A stretch of DNA of 64,000 bases from Chloroflexota bacterium (GTDB taxonomy: Bacteria > Chloroflexota > Dehalococcoidia > SZUA-161 > SpSt-899). Below, one piece after another: positions 18,418-27,619 of the stretch. The notes beneath the pieces were generated by a model. That model made no database searches. It saw nothing but the letters and a program-made list of their open reading frames with translations, and was not told the origin of the DNA. Numbering within the stretch: position 1 is the stretch's first letter; every line of letters begins with the position of its first letter. The stretch covers positions 28,373-92,372 of the forward strand of contig JABMQN010000014.1 in the NCBI GenBank assembly GCA_013203045.1. Direction: 5' to 3'. The position numbers were made by a program, and so were the translations under genes.

Positions 18418-19878
18418 TTGAGTGAGGAAAACATGAATCCTATCGATATACCTACGTTTCAGCCTCGGTTGAAGGTCTTATCTCGAGAACAGGTTCTGGC
18501 GATCCACACGGCAGCACTGGAAATCCTGGAAAAGACAGGGTTTAGAATGGAGCATCCAGATGCCTTGAAAATGCTTGCGGATGCAGGTTGCAGAGTATCC
18601 GATGATAACTGGGTCAGAATGCCCGGTCATCTTGCTGAACAAGCTCTTAAGTCAGCTCCCAGACAGATTGCGTTACATGATCAGAAGGGTAACAAAACCA
18701 TGCCTCTGGTCGATGGCAATCCCTTCTATGGCACAGGTTCAGACACAACGTTCACACATGACCTCGAAACTGGACAACGGCGCCGCACAGTCCTTCAGGA
18801 TATAGCCAATTTCGCCAAACTGGTTGATGGGTTGGAGAATATTTCGTTTGCCATGTCAATGTCCAATCCGGAAGATGTCCCGATTGAAAATATCTATGTT
18901 TACGCTTTTGCAGAAATTGTTAAAAATACCAACAAACCTATCGTGTTCATATCAGATAGCGGTAAAGACATAGCAAAAATTCATCAGATTGCATGTGCAG
19001 TGGTGGGAGGTGAGGAGGAATTCCGCCGGAAGCCATTTATTCTAAATTATTCCGAAGCAATAAGTCCGCTAAGATTCCCTGAAAACGTAATGGAAAAGCT
19101 TATCTTCTGTGCGCAGAAAAGTATACCGATTTGCTTCCCCTCAGGTTCCAATGCAGGTGGTGGAGCGCCTATTACTCTGGCCGGTGCGATGGCTCTTGGG
19201 ATCGCTGAGAATCTAGTGGGATTAACGGTCCATCAAATGTTCGGTAAAGGGTCTCCGTTCCTATTTGGTCCAAACGTTAGTACGTTGGATATGAAATCGA
19301 CCGTTGTATCTTACGGATGCCCGGAGTGGGCACTAACACAGGCTGCTCTCGCTGATATGCGAGATGAACTCTATGGTTTGCCCATCTGGGCTTATTCAGG
19401 AGCATCGGATGCAAAGGTAATGGATGCTCAGGCTGGTGCAGAGGCCATGTTCTCAATAATTACATCAATGTTATCCCGCTGTAACTTGATCCACGATAAC
19501 GGATACCTCGAGTATGGTGGTATTTCATCACTCGAGATGGTGACGATGGTAAATGAGTTAGTAGCCATGAGCCGCTTCTTTGTCCAGGGGATCCCGGTCA
19601 ACGAGGAAACATTAGCTTTGGAAGCAATTCATCGGGTGGGGAGTGTGCCTGGTTCCATGTTCCTAACGGACGACCATACCTTTGATAATTTTACGCAGGC
19701 TCAGTTCATACCCAAACTTCTGGATCGGTCACGTTACGATACTTGGGAAGAAGAGGGGGCACAGGACTTCTACAAACGTTGTAACGTGGAGGCAAAGAGA
19801 ATTCTTGCTGAACATCAAGTGGAACCTAAATCAGATGAAATACTCCAAGCTATCGATAAAATTGTTCAAGGGGGATAA
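18418..19878 (+). CDS. MttB-superfamily (trimethylamine methyltransferase family) substrate:corrinoid methyltransferase, non-pyrrolysine
   Basis: 486 aa continuous ORF. It has the length and general features of the trimethylamine methyltransferase family and no in-frame TAG. It sits directly downstream of a corrinoid protein. Confidence 0.8.
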   Translation: MSEENMNPIDIPTFQPRLKVLSREQVLAIHTAALEILEKTGFRMEHPDALKMLADAGCRVSDDNWVRMPGHLAEQALKSAPRQIALHDQKGNKTMPLVDGNPFYGTGSDTTFTHDLETGQRRRTVLQDIANFAKLVDGLENISFAMSMSNPEDVPIENIYVYAFAEIVKNTNKPIVFISDSGKDIAKIHQIACAVVGGEEEFRRKPFILNYSEAISPLRFPENVMEKLIFCAQKSIPICFPSGSNAGGGAPITLAGAMALGIAENLVGLTVHQMFGKGSPFLFGPNVSTLDMKSTVVSYGCPEWALTQAALADMRDELYGLPIWAYSGASDAKVMDAQAGAEAMFSIITSMLSRCNLIHDNGYLEYGGISSLEMVTMVNELVAMSRFFVQGIPVNEETLALEAIHRVGSVPGSMFLTDDHTFDNFTQAQFIPKLLDRSRYDTWEEEGAQDFYKRCNVEAKRILAEHQVEPKSDEILQAIDKIVQGG

Positions 19879-19893
19879 CCAAGCGTTTTACTC

Positions 19894-21330
19894 ATGAAGA
19901 AGAGTTCGCCATTTTATCAACCGATTTCTCCTGAACACGTTCAGCAGATCGATCAGAAAGGACGCCGGATACTCGATGAAATCGGTATTTCAATCTCTGA
20001 TAGCACTTTTCGAGAAAGACTCGAAGATGCAGGCGCTCAGGTAGATCATGACAATGGGCGAGTTCGTTTTGGTGGAGACTGTCTCGATCGGCTCTTGAGT
20101 CGAGCCCCCTCTCAATTCATACTTTTCTCACGTGATGGCCGGAATGATATACACCTTGGTGAAGGTCATGTCTATTTTGGCAATGGTGGACGCGTGTTTC
20201 GCATTTTAGATATGAGAACGGGCGGTTATCGTTACACCATGATGCGCGATATTGCCAATACAGCAATTTTAGTAGACCATCTGGACTATATACAGTTTTA
20301 TATCATTGCGTGTCAAGCCCACGACTTGGAAAGAGATAGTTATCATCTAAACGATTTTTATCGGGCTTTTTACCACACTACAAAGCATGTGATGGGCGGT
20401 TGTGATGATACAGATGGCGCCAATCAAATGTGGGAGCTTGCCTGTTTAATAGCAGATGGGGAAGAAAATCTCAGAGAGCGGCCTTTCATATCAGCCATTA
20501 CAAATGTCATTAGCCCACTGACAATCGATACCAATACTCTGCAAATTATTGAATTCTGTACCTCAAAAGGGATTCCAATTACCTGTGCTCCAGCTCCTAT
20601 AGCTGGGGCAACAGCTCCGGCAACACTAGCCGGAACGCTCTCCCAACTTCACGCGGAATCGCTTGCTGGAGTAGCAGTCACTCAGGCCATAACCCCAGGA
20701 GCAAAGATTCTCTATGGTGCAGTTCCTTCTGCCATGGATTTGCGAACGATGGAATACACCATGGGCACAGTCGAAATGGCGATGATGAATGCTGCTGCGG
20801 TTCAATTGGCAAAACTATATGATTTACCAATCTATGCCTCGGCAGGTCTTACCGAATCCAAACGGCCAGATATTCAGGCTGGCTCTGAAAAGCTCTTTTC
20901 CAATTTGACAGTAGCAATGGCCGGAGCCGATTATATCCATCTGGCAGCCGGAATGCTGGATTCCGGTAATTCTATTTCTTACGAACAGTACGTAATTGAT
21001 AACGAAATCATTGGGATGATTCACAGGATACTGTCAGGCATAGAGGTGAACGAAGATACACTTGGGTTTGATGTTATCGAACAGGTTGGACCTGGCGGCA
21101 ACTACGTGTTGGAAGATCATACGGTTGATCATATGATGGATGAGTTCTTCTATCCCAATTTGAGTGTGCGATCCAATTTCGACGTGTGGGAAGAGAAAGG
21201 CAGGCCAGATATGTTGAGCCGCGCTCATGAAATGGTTGATAAAACCTTAAACCATGGTAGGGAAGGCCGGTTGGACCCGCGTTTGATCTCGATGATAAAG
21301 GATACCTTTCCTGCCATAATCAAGATCTAA
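19894..21330 (+). CDS. MttB-superfamily methyltransferase, second tandem paralog, non-pyrrolysine
   Basis: 478 aa. It is similar to 18418-19878 along its whole length, including the shared segments ...GTGSDTT.../...GNGGRVF... and ...YDTWEEEG.../...FDVWEEKG.... Confidence 0.8.
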   Translation: MKKSSPFYQPISPEHVQQIDQKGRRILDEIGISISDSTFRERLEDAGAQVDHDNGRVRFGGDCLDRLLSRAPSQFILFSRDGRNDIHLGEGHVYFGNGGRVFRILDMRTGGYRYTMMRDIANTAILVDHLDYIQFYIIACQAHDLERDSYHLNDFYRAFYHTTKHVMGGCDDTDGANQMWELACLIADGEENLRERPFISAITNVISPLTIDTNTLQIIEFCTSKGIPITCAPAPIAGATAPATLAGTLSQLHAESLAGVAVTQAITPGAKILYGAVPSAMDLRTMEYTMGTVEMAMMNAAAVQLAKLYDLPIYASAGLTESKRPDIQAGSEKLFSNLTVAMAGADYIHLAAGMLDSGNSISYEQYVIDNEIIGMIHRILSGIEVNEDTLGFDVIEQVGPGGNYVLEDHTVDHMMDEFFYPNLSVRSNFDVWEEKGRPDMLSRAHEMVDKTLNHGREGRLDPRLISMIKDTFPAIIKI

Positions 21331-21331
21331 G

Positions 21332-21949
21332 ATGTCTTCACCCGAAGAGACCAGAGAGCCTGTACGCATCATTGCTTGTGGTGTATTTAAGCCTGCACTA
21401 CGGCATCTTCACTTGGAAGATCGTTACCCCAATGTTCGAGTTACATTCCTGCCCTCAGTGTTACATCTAAGGCCACCAGATCTAAGGAACTTCTTGCGCA
21501 AAGAGATTCAATCTGCCCACCAACGCAACGAACGGGTCATATGCCTCTATGGGGATTGTTTTCCCGATATTGATGACTTCTGTGATCAATATGACGTAAC
21601 AAAAGTACCCGGAGCTTATTGTTACGAGATGTTTCTCGGACCAAAACGTTTCAAGCAGCTTTTAGATGAAACCGCTGGAACATATTTCATGGAGAAAGAC
21701 CTCATAATGAATTTCGAGCAACATTGCCTGATTCCTTTGGAACTCCATGATAAAACAATGAGGGAATACTGTTTTGAACACTATAAGAAACTGTTGTATG
21801 TACGGCAACCGGCCGATCCTGACCTAGAATCACAGGCAAATGAAATAGCTGATTTCCTTGAATTGGCACTGGATGTCAAAGATGCCGATTATTCTTTTCT
21901 TGAAAATAAACTTGATGAGTTGATAAAATCTAAATCTTCTCAAAAATGA
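21332..21949 (+). CDS. DUF1638 domain protein
   Basis: 205 aa, paralog of 1153-1818 (RIIACGVFKPAL versus FITCGALGQEV; ...VICLYGDC... versus ...LVVVYGECG...). It is translationally coupled to the upstream MttB paralog, with a 1-nt gap. Confidence 0.65.
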   Translation: MSSPEETREPVRIIACGVFKPALRHLHLEDRYPNVRVTFLPSVLHLRPPDLRNFLRKEIQSAHQRNERVICLYGDCFPDIDDFCDQYDVTKVPGAYCYEMFLGPKRFKQLLDETAGTYFMEKDLIMNFEQHCLIPLELHDKTMREYCFEHYKKLLYVRQPADPDLESQANEIADFLELALDVKDADYSFLENKLDELIKSKSSQK

Positions 21950-22001
21950 ATACTTCACACCATCTTTATCGGCACCTTCAACTCGTGCAAGGGCTATTAG
22001 A

Positions 22002-24332
22002 ATGAAAGAGTCTCACAATCCAAAGGCCAGAAAAAAGAGAACTGAATACATTTGGCTGAATGTTTTACCGGATGACCTCTGGTTGAATGTCCGTAGAGGA
22101 GATACGCTCTTCGATGTGTTACAAGAGGCCGGTATCGAATTGGATGCTGATTGTGGCGGATTGGGGAAATGCGGTAAATGCAAGGTCAGAATTCTCACTT
22201 CAATTAAGCCTCCATCCTCAGATGAGGAAGGGTTTCTCAACCAAGAAGAAATCGATCAGGGTGTTCGCCTTGCCTGCCGCACCCAGATTAATAGCGATAT
22301 GGTTGTTCAAGTAGGTGAAACCGAGATTGGCACTGAATATGTGCAGATTCTGAAATCAGGTCATCGGCCACTCTTCCAATTGGATCCTCTTGTCAAAAAA
22401 CAATTTATTACATTGGCTACCCATCACAAAGACGAGGGACTTTCTGACTTCGATAGAATAAAACTGGCAATGGGACCCGACTACCTGGATATGACTGCCT
22501 CACTGAGTTGCCTACGTACGTTACCTCAATCAATGAAAGAAACTGAAGCTCATGGAGCAGCGGTCCTTCATGAAAAGCATTTGTTAGATTGGCAAGGTTG
22601 GGGGAAACTGGCATATGGTTATGGGTTGGTCTTTGATCTTGGTACCACAACTTTAGTTGGCAAGCTCATCGACCTTTCTGATGGCACAGAAGTGGCTGTT
22701 ATTTCTCGGCTCAACGGACAAATCAGGTATGGATCAGATATAATCAGTCGGCTCCAATATGTTAAAGATAATCCCAATGGCCTCGCGCGACTTCATAATC
22801 TTCTCATAGGAAATCTTAATAGAATTACCAGGCGCCTTGTAGAAGTGGGAGGTTTAGTTACCAATGACATCTTTATCGCTGTTGCAGCCGGTAATACTAT
22901 TATGTTGCATCTTCTCCTTGGTCTACCTCCCGACGGAATAGCGGAAGCCCCATTTGCACCGGTGCTTAGTGACGGTATGACCATAAAGGCATCAGACATC
23001 GATCTACAGCTACACCCGGAAGCTCTGCTCTACACCATGCCAATGAAATCAGGCTATATCGGCGGGGATTTGATTAGTGTCATTCTCGCTTCCGGAGCTA
23101 CTGAACAGGAAGATAAAATCATTCTTGGACTAGATCTCGGTACTAACGGGGAGATTTTTTTAGGAAACCGCAAGAGATTGATGACTTGTTCCGCGGCAGC
23201 AGGACCCGCTCTGGAAGGTGCAAGAATTTCCTCAGGGATGATAGCCAAAGACGGAGCAATCGAGGCAGTAGGATTCGAAAAAGGAAATCTCCAATATCGT
23301 GATATTGCCAATATCAAGCCTAAAGGGCTCTGCGGTAGTGGACTTGTAGATTTGATAGCAGTACTTCTACAGCTCGGAATTATCGATGAGGAAGGGTTAA
23401 TCACCACTCCTAGGATGAGCATAGCACAGGGCTTGGCTCCAAAGGTAATCAATAAAAATGGTGTTAATAATTTTCTTGTAGCTCCCGCTGAAGAAAGCTA
23501 TGATGACAAACCCATATTTTTAACTCAGCAGGATGTCCGCGAATTGCAACTTGCCAAAGCGGCTGTCGCTGCTGGTATAGCAACTCTCATGGACGAAATG
23601 GGAATTGGGGTTGAGGACATCGATCAAGTTTATATGGCCGGAGCGCTTGGCAACTACGTCAACCCACACAGTGCAATTCGCATTGGGCTTATTCCTAGAA
23701 TAGATACTGACAAGATCACATCGTTGGGAAACGCGGCCAGCACCGGTGCATCCATGGCGCTATTATCCAAATTTTACTGGCAAATGGCCAACGAGCTTAT
23801 AGACTTCATTGAACACATTGAACTTTCTTCACGGCTTGACTTCAATGAATACTATGTTGAGCACATGGATTTCACCAGAGAAGAGCCTCTTGATGTTCAT
23901 CATGAAGAAGTGGAAAATGTCATGAAAACCATAGCGGTAGGTTCAGTAATGACTCGCGACTTTCCTGCGATGAGCTCCACTATGCTGGCCAGAGAGATTG
24001 CCAATATGTCACGCGATACGGGCCACCACGGATTCCCGGTTGTTGATGAGGAAGGACACCTGGTGGGGGTTGTCACACTCGCAGACCTGGCAAGTTGCTT
24101 GCGAGCCGGAAACGCTGATCTCCCAGTGGGTGATATTGTCACCAAGTTCCCTTTGGTAGCTTTTCCGGACCAGTCATTGTATGAAGTTCTAACCGCCACT
24201 GATGAAGACTACGGACGCATCCCGGTTGTTTCCAGAGAAGACGAAGGCCACTTGCTTGGGGTGCTACGGCGCCAGGACATTATCCGTGCCTATCGCAACA
24301 AACTTGCAAAATTTGTACAGGCAGAAGCATAA
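22002..24332 (+). CDS. RACo-type corrinoid reductive activase (2Fe-2S ferredoxin plus ASKHA ATPase) fused to a C-terminal tandem CBS pair
   Basis: 776 aa. It has an N-terminal ferredoxin motif DADCGGLGKCGKCKV...C. The core is colinear with the 632-aa RACo at 11378-13276 (shared segments include DLGTTT.., ..AGNT.MLHLLLGL.., ..GTNGE.. and ..AAAGPA.EGA.I..GM). The last ~140 aa form two CBS motifs (VMTRDFPAMSS...GFPVVDEEGHLVGVVTLADL; FPLVAFPDQSLYEV...RIPVVSREDEGHLLGVLRRQDI). Confidence 0.8.
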   Translation: MKESHNPKARKKRTEYIWLNVLPDDLWLNVRRGDTLFDVLQEAGIELDADCGGLGKCGKCKVRILTSIKPPSSDEEGFLNQEEIDQGVRLACRTQINSDMVVQVGETEIGTEYVQILKSGHRPLFQLDPLVKKQFITLATHHKDEGLSDFDRIKLAMGPDYLDMTASLSCLRTLPQSMKETEAHGAAVLHEKHLLDWQGWGKLAYGYGLVFDLGTTTLVGKLIDLSDGTEVAVISRLNGQIRYGSDIISRLQYVKDNPNGLARLHNLLIGNLNRITRRLVEVGGLVTNDIFIAVAAGNTIMLHLLLGLPPDGIAEAPFAPVLSDGMTIKASDIDLQLHPEALLYTMPMKSGYIGGDLISVILASGATEQEDKIILGLDLGTNGEIFLGNRKRLMTCSAAAGPALEGARISSGMIAKDGAIEAVGFEKGNLQYRDIANIKPKGLCGSGLVDLIAVLLQLGIIDEEGLITTPRMSIAQGLAPKVINKNGVNNFLVAPAEESYDDKPIFLTQQDVRELQLAKAAVAAGIATLMDEMGIGVEDIDQVYMAGALGNYVNPHSAIRIGLIPRIDTDKITSLGNAASTGASMALLSKFYWQMANELIDFIEHIELSSRLDFNEYYVEHMDFTREEPLDVHHEEVENVMKTIAVGSVMTRDFPAMSSTMLAREIANMSRDTGHHGFPVVDEEGHLVGVVTLADLASCLRAGNADLPVGDIVTKFPLVAFPDQSLYEVLTATDEDYGRIPVVSREDEGHLLGVLRRQDIIRAYRNKLAKFVQAEA

Positions 24333-24402
24333 TCCTCATTTTCCATTCACAGCGCAAGATACGCCGTGATTTATTGTCAGTAGAATAACTCGGAGGGGAC
24401 TA

Positions 24403-25608
24403 ATGATTGAACTCGAAATACTCAAGGGTCTCTCGGTGGAAACACCATCAAAAATCGTTCTTCTGATTTTCGATGGCCTGGGAGGAATACCTCATCCTGA
24501 TACCAGCAAGACAGAACTGGAAAGCGCCAAAACCCCTAACCTCGACCGACTGGCTGCGGAAGGTATCTGCGGACTAACCGACCCTGTAAGCCCAGGCATC
24601 ACGCCTGGCAGTGGTCCCGGACACCTTTCTTTGTTCGGCTACGACCCTGTGAAATATCTCGTAGGCCGCGGAGTATTAGAAGCCCTTGGCATGGAATTCG
24701 ATTTAGTTAAAGGAGATGTTGCTGCCAGATGTAACTACTGTACAGTTGACGATAGTGGTGTGATCACAGATCGCCGTGCAGGCCGGATACCAAGCGAGCA
24801 GAACGCTGAACTCTGTGAAAAGCTCCGAGAGATCAAGATAGACGGAATCGAAATGTTTATCATGCCCGGAAAGGAACACCGTTTCGCTATCGTTTTTAGG
24901 GGGCATGGTCTTACAGGTGAAGTTAACGACACCGACCCGCAAAAAGTCGGGATGAAACCGAGGGAAGCTATTTCGTTATCAACAGATGCAACCAAACTGG
25001 CTAACGTTATCCATGAATTCATCTCTCATGCGAAGTCTATTCTTGCCAACTCCTATCCGGCTAACATGATCCTCTTTCGCGGAATATCGCAAAAGCCTAA
25101 TTTGCCGATGATGGGTAATATCTTCAAATTGAATCCAGCTGCTATAGCCACCTATCCAATGTATCGAGGAATGGCTCGACTGGTAGGAATGGAAATCTTG
25201 AACACAGGTAGCACGTTTTCTGATGAACTAGATACTCTGGTAGCGAACTGGAATAATCACGATTTCTTTTACGTTCATATCAAGTACACTGATTCAGCGG
25301 GTGAAGATGGTGATTTCGAAAGGAAAGTCAGGGTGATTGAAGAGGCCGATGCACTACTGCCAAAGCTTATCGATCTGAAGCCTGATGTGCTGGTTGTAAC
25401 TGGCGATCATTCTACCCCTGCCATGCTCAAAGGACACAGCTGGCACCCGGTTCCATTACTTCTGCGAGCACAACATTGCCGTACCGATGATTCAAGGGAA
25501 TTCTCAGAGACAGCATGCACAAGAGGAGGCTTGGGCAGGATACTTGCTACAGACATTATGCCACTAGCCATGGCTAACGCTTTGAAACTTGATAAATTCG
25601 GGGCTTGA
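24403..25608 (+). CDS. apgM: 2,3-bisphosphoglycerate-independent phosphoglycerate mutase, ApgM (archaeal-type) family
   Basis: 401 aa. The N-terminus ...KIVLLIFDGLGGIPHP...TPNLDRLAAEGICGL is typical of ApgM-type cofactor-independent phosphoglycerate mutase. It lies next to tpiA. Confidence 0.75.
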   Translation: MIELEILKGLSVETPSKIVLLIFDGLGGIPHPDTSKTELESAKTPNLDRLAAEGICGLTDPVSPGITPGSGPGHLSLFGYDPVKYLVGRGVLEALGMEFDLVKGDVAARCNYCTVDDSGVITDRRAGRIPSEQNAELCEKLREIKIDGIEMFIMPGKEHRFAIVFRGHGLTGEVNDTDPQKVGMKPREAISLSTDATKLANVIHEFISHAKSILANSYPANMILFRGISQKPNLPMMGNIFKLNPAAIATYPMYRGMARLVGMEILNTGSTFSDELDTLVANWNNHDFFYVHIKYTDSAGEDGDFERKVRVIEEADALLPKLIDLKPDVLVVTGDHSTPAMLKGHSWHPVPLLLRAQHCRTDDSREFSETACTRGGLGRILATDIMPLAMANALKLDKFGA

Positions 25609-26378
25609 GGAGACAGAACATGAGAACACCAATCATTACTGGCAACTGGAAAATGAACAATACCATATTTGAATCGGTTCGCCTCATTGGAGACATGAAA
25701 GAACGGCTTGAGAGTATTGGTGGATGCGAAGCAGTAGTCTGTCCACCCTTCGTTTCGCTACCCAAGGTCGCTGAAATGCTGATGGGATCATCAATCGGGG
25801 TAGGGGCTCAGAATATGTATCATGAAGATAAAGGAGCTTTCACTGGCGAAGTGTCACCTTCAATGCTCAAAGGTATTTGCCAGTATGTGATTTTGGGGCA
25901 CTCAGAGCGTCGAGGAATTTTTGGGGAAACGGATGAGATGGTAAATAAAAAAATCAAAGCAGCTCTAAATGCGGATCTTAAACCCATCGTATGTGTTGGG
26001 GAAACACTTGATGAGAACGAAGCAAACAAAACAGAAGAAGTTGTTACTCGCCAGGTCAAGGCGGCGTTAGAAGGACTTTCATCATTAGAGAACGTCATTA
26101 TTGCCTACGAACCTATTTGGGCAATTGGTACAGGAAAGGCAGCTACCGAAGAACAAGCTAACGATACCATAGGTCTGGTGCGAAGCGTTATAGCTCAGCT
26201 TTACGGCGAAGCCGCTCAGGAGCTTCGCATTCAATACGGCGGAAGTGCTAATGCCGCAAATATTTATGCGCTTATGGCTCAACCTGAAATAGACGGTGCG
26301 CTGGTGGGTGGCGCTAGCCTCAAGGCCGATGAGTTCGTAAGCATGGTGGAACAGGCAGCAAAAGCCAAATCAGTATGA
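25605..26378 (+). CDS. tpiA: Triosephosphate isomerase
   Basis: 257 aa. It carries TPIITGNWKMNNT, the AYEPIWAIGTGK active-site region and YGGS. Confidence 0.95.
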   Translation: MRRQNMRTPIITGNWKMNNTIFESVRLIGDMKERLESIGGCEAVVCPPFVSLPKVAEMLMGSSIGVGAQNMYHEDKGAFTGEVSPSMLKGICQYVILGHSERRGIFGETDEMVNKKIKAALNADLKPIVCVGETLDENEANKTEEVVTRQVKAALEGLSSLENVIIAYEPIWAIGTGKAATEEQANDTIGLVRSVIAQLYGEAAQELRIQYGGSANAANIYALMAQPEIDGALVGGASLKADEFVSMVEQAAKAKSV

Positions 26379-27295
26379 ACAAACCACTCATAGCCATTGT
26401 AGGACCCACTGCGGTAGGCAAAACGGGATTGGCGATTGAAATTGCCCAAAGGATCGATGGGGAAATCGTAAATGCAGATAGCCGCCAAATTTACCGTTAT
26501 ATGGATATCGGCACTGCCAAGCCCACTCCCGAAGAACAAACTGTTGTCCCCCATCATTTGTTCGATATTATAGACCCCGATGAAGAATTCAGCCTGGCCC
26601 TTTATCGAGACTCGGCCACCAAGTCTATCAGCGATATCCACAAGAAAGAGAAGTTACCCATAATAGTGGGTGGTAGCGGACAATACATCTGGGGAATTCT
26701 TGAGGGGTGGACCATACCGGAAGTTCCGCCGAACCCTCAACTTAGACAGGAACTTGAATCAAGAGCAGAATGTGAGGGTGGCGACACTCTGTATCAAGAA
26801 CTCCAAAACTTGGATCCCGAAGCGGCAGCTAAAATCGATCCCCGAAATGTACGGCGCGTGATCCGGGCACTGGAGGTATGCCACTCAACCGGCGAACTTT
26901 TCTCTGATCTCCGGAAGAAAAATCCTCCTGACTATGATATGCAAATTCTGGGACTAACAACCGATAGAACAAGGTTGTATGATCGGATTGATAGGCGCGT
27001 GGACATCATGATTGAACAAGGGTTCGTTGAAGAAGTACGAGGTCTTCTCGAACGTGGCTATTCTCTCGATCTTCCCGCTATGTCGAGTTTGGGATACCGT
27101 GAGATTGGCCGATTTATCAATGGCGAAATTGACTTACCTGAAGTAAGTCAGCAAATAAAGTTTGCTACCCACAAGTTTGCACGGCACCAATACTCTTGGT
27201 TTCGATTGAGTGATTCTCGCATTCAGTGGTTTGATATTGGTGAAGACAATGCCCGAATAGTAGCGCAGGTTGAAGCCAACGTGCGATATTTATGA
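26375..27295 (+). CDS. miaA: tRNA dimethylallyltransferase
   Basis: 306 aa. It has the P-loop IVGPTAVGKTGLAIEIA and the ...ADSRQIYRYMDIGTAKPT... segment typical of MiaA. Confidence 0.9.
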   Translation: MNKPLIAIVGPTAVGKTGLAIEIAQRIDGEIVNADSRQIYRYMDIGTAKPTPEEQTVVPHHLFDIIDPDEEFSLALYRDSATKSISDIHKKEKLPIIVGGSGQYIWGILEGWTIPEVPPNPQLRQELESRAECEGGDTLYQELQNLDPEAAAKIDPRNVRRVIRALEVCHSTGELFSDLRKKNPPDYDMQILGLTTDRTRLYDRIDRRVDIMIEQGFVEEVRGLLERGYSLDLPAMSSLGYREIGRFINGEIDLPEVSQQIKFATHKFARHQYSWFRLSDSRIQWFDIGEDNARIVAQVEANVRYL

Positions 27296-27356
27296 CTTGT
27301 GCCAAACATTGACTTAAACGCTTGCGCCTGCGATTGCATGCCAATATAATCCAAGT

Positions 27357-27599
27357 ATGAATGAACCGGATAATCCTACACCGATACCCAACCCCGAATT
27401 GCTGATCAGGCTGGCCAAGACCCGCATGCCTTTTGGGAAATATGCCGGACGCTATCTGGTCGATCTTCCTGAGCCATATCTAACCTGGTTTTCAAGAAAG
27501 GGATTTCCGCAGAATGAACTGGGTGAGATGCTGCAAATGATCTATGAACTCAAAATCAACGGGCTTGGATACTTGCTCAACCCACTTAAGGAATTGTGA
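27357..27599 (+). CDS. DUF3820 family small protein
   Basis: 80 aa. ...MPFGKYAGRYLVDLPEPYLTWFSRKGFP... matches the DUF3820 signature. Confidence 0.5.
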   Translation: MNEPDNPTPIPNPELLIRLAKTRMPFGKYAGRYLVDLPEPYLTWFSRKGFPQNELGEMLQMIYELKINGLGYLLNPLKEL

Positions 27600-27619
27600 G
27601 CTAATTTGATTTATACGAG

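Noticed and set aside
2718-21330. In-frame amber (TAG) codons / pyrrolysine in the MtmB-like and MttB-like genes
   Set aside because: All three methyltransferase ORFs are continuous at full family length with no internal TAG. No pylT-like tRNA and no pylS, pylB, pylC or pylD is recognisable in the window. These are pyrrolysine-less homologs, and genetic-code expansion is not supported here.
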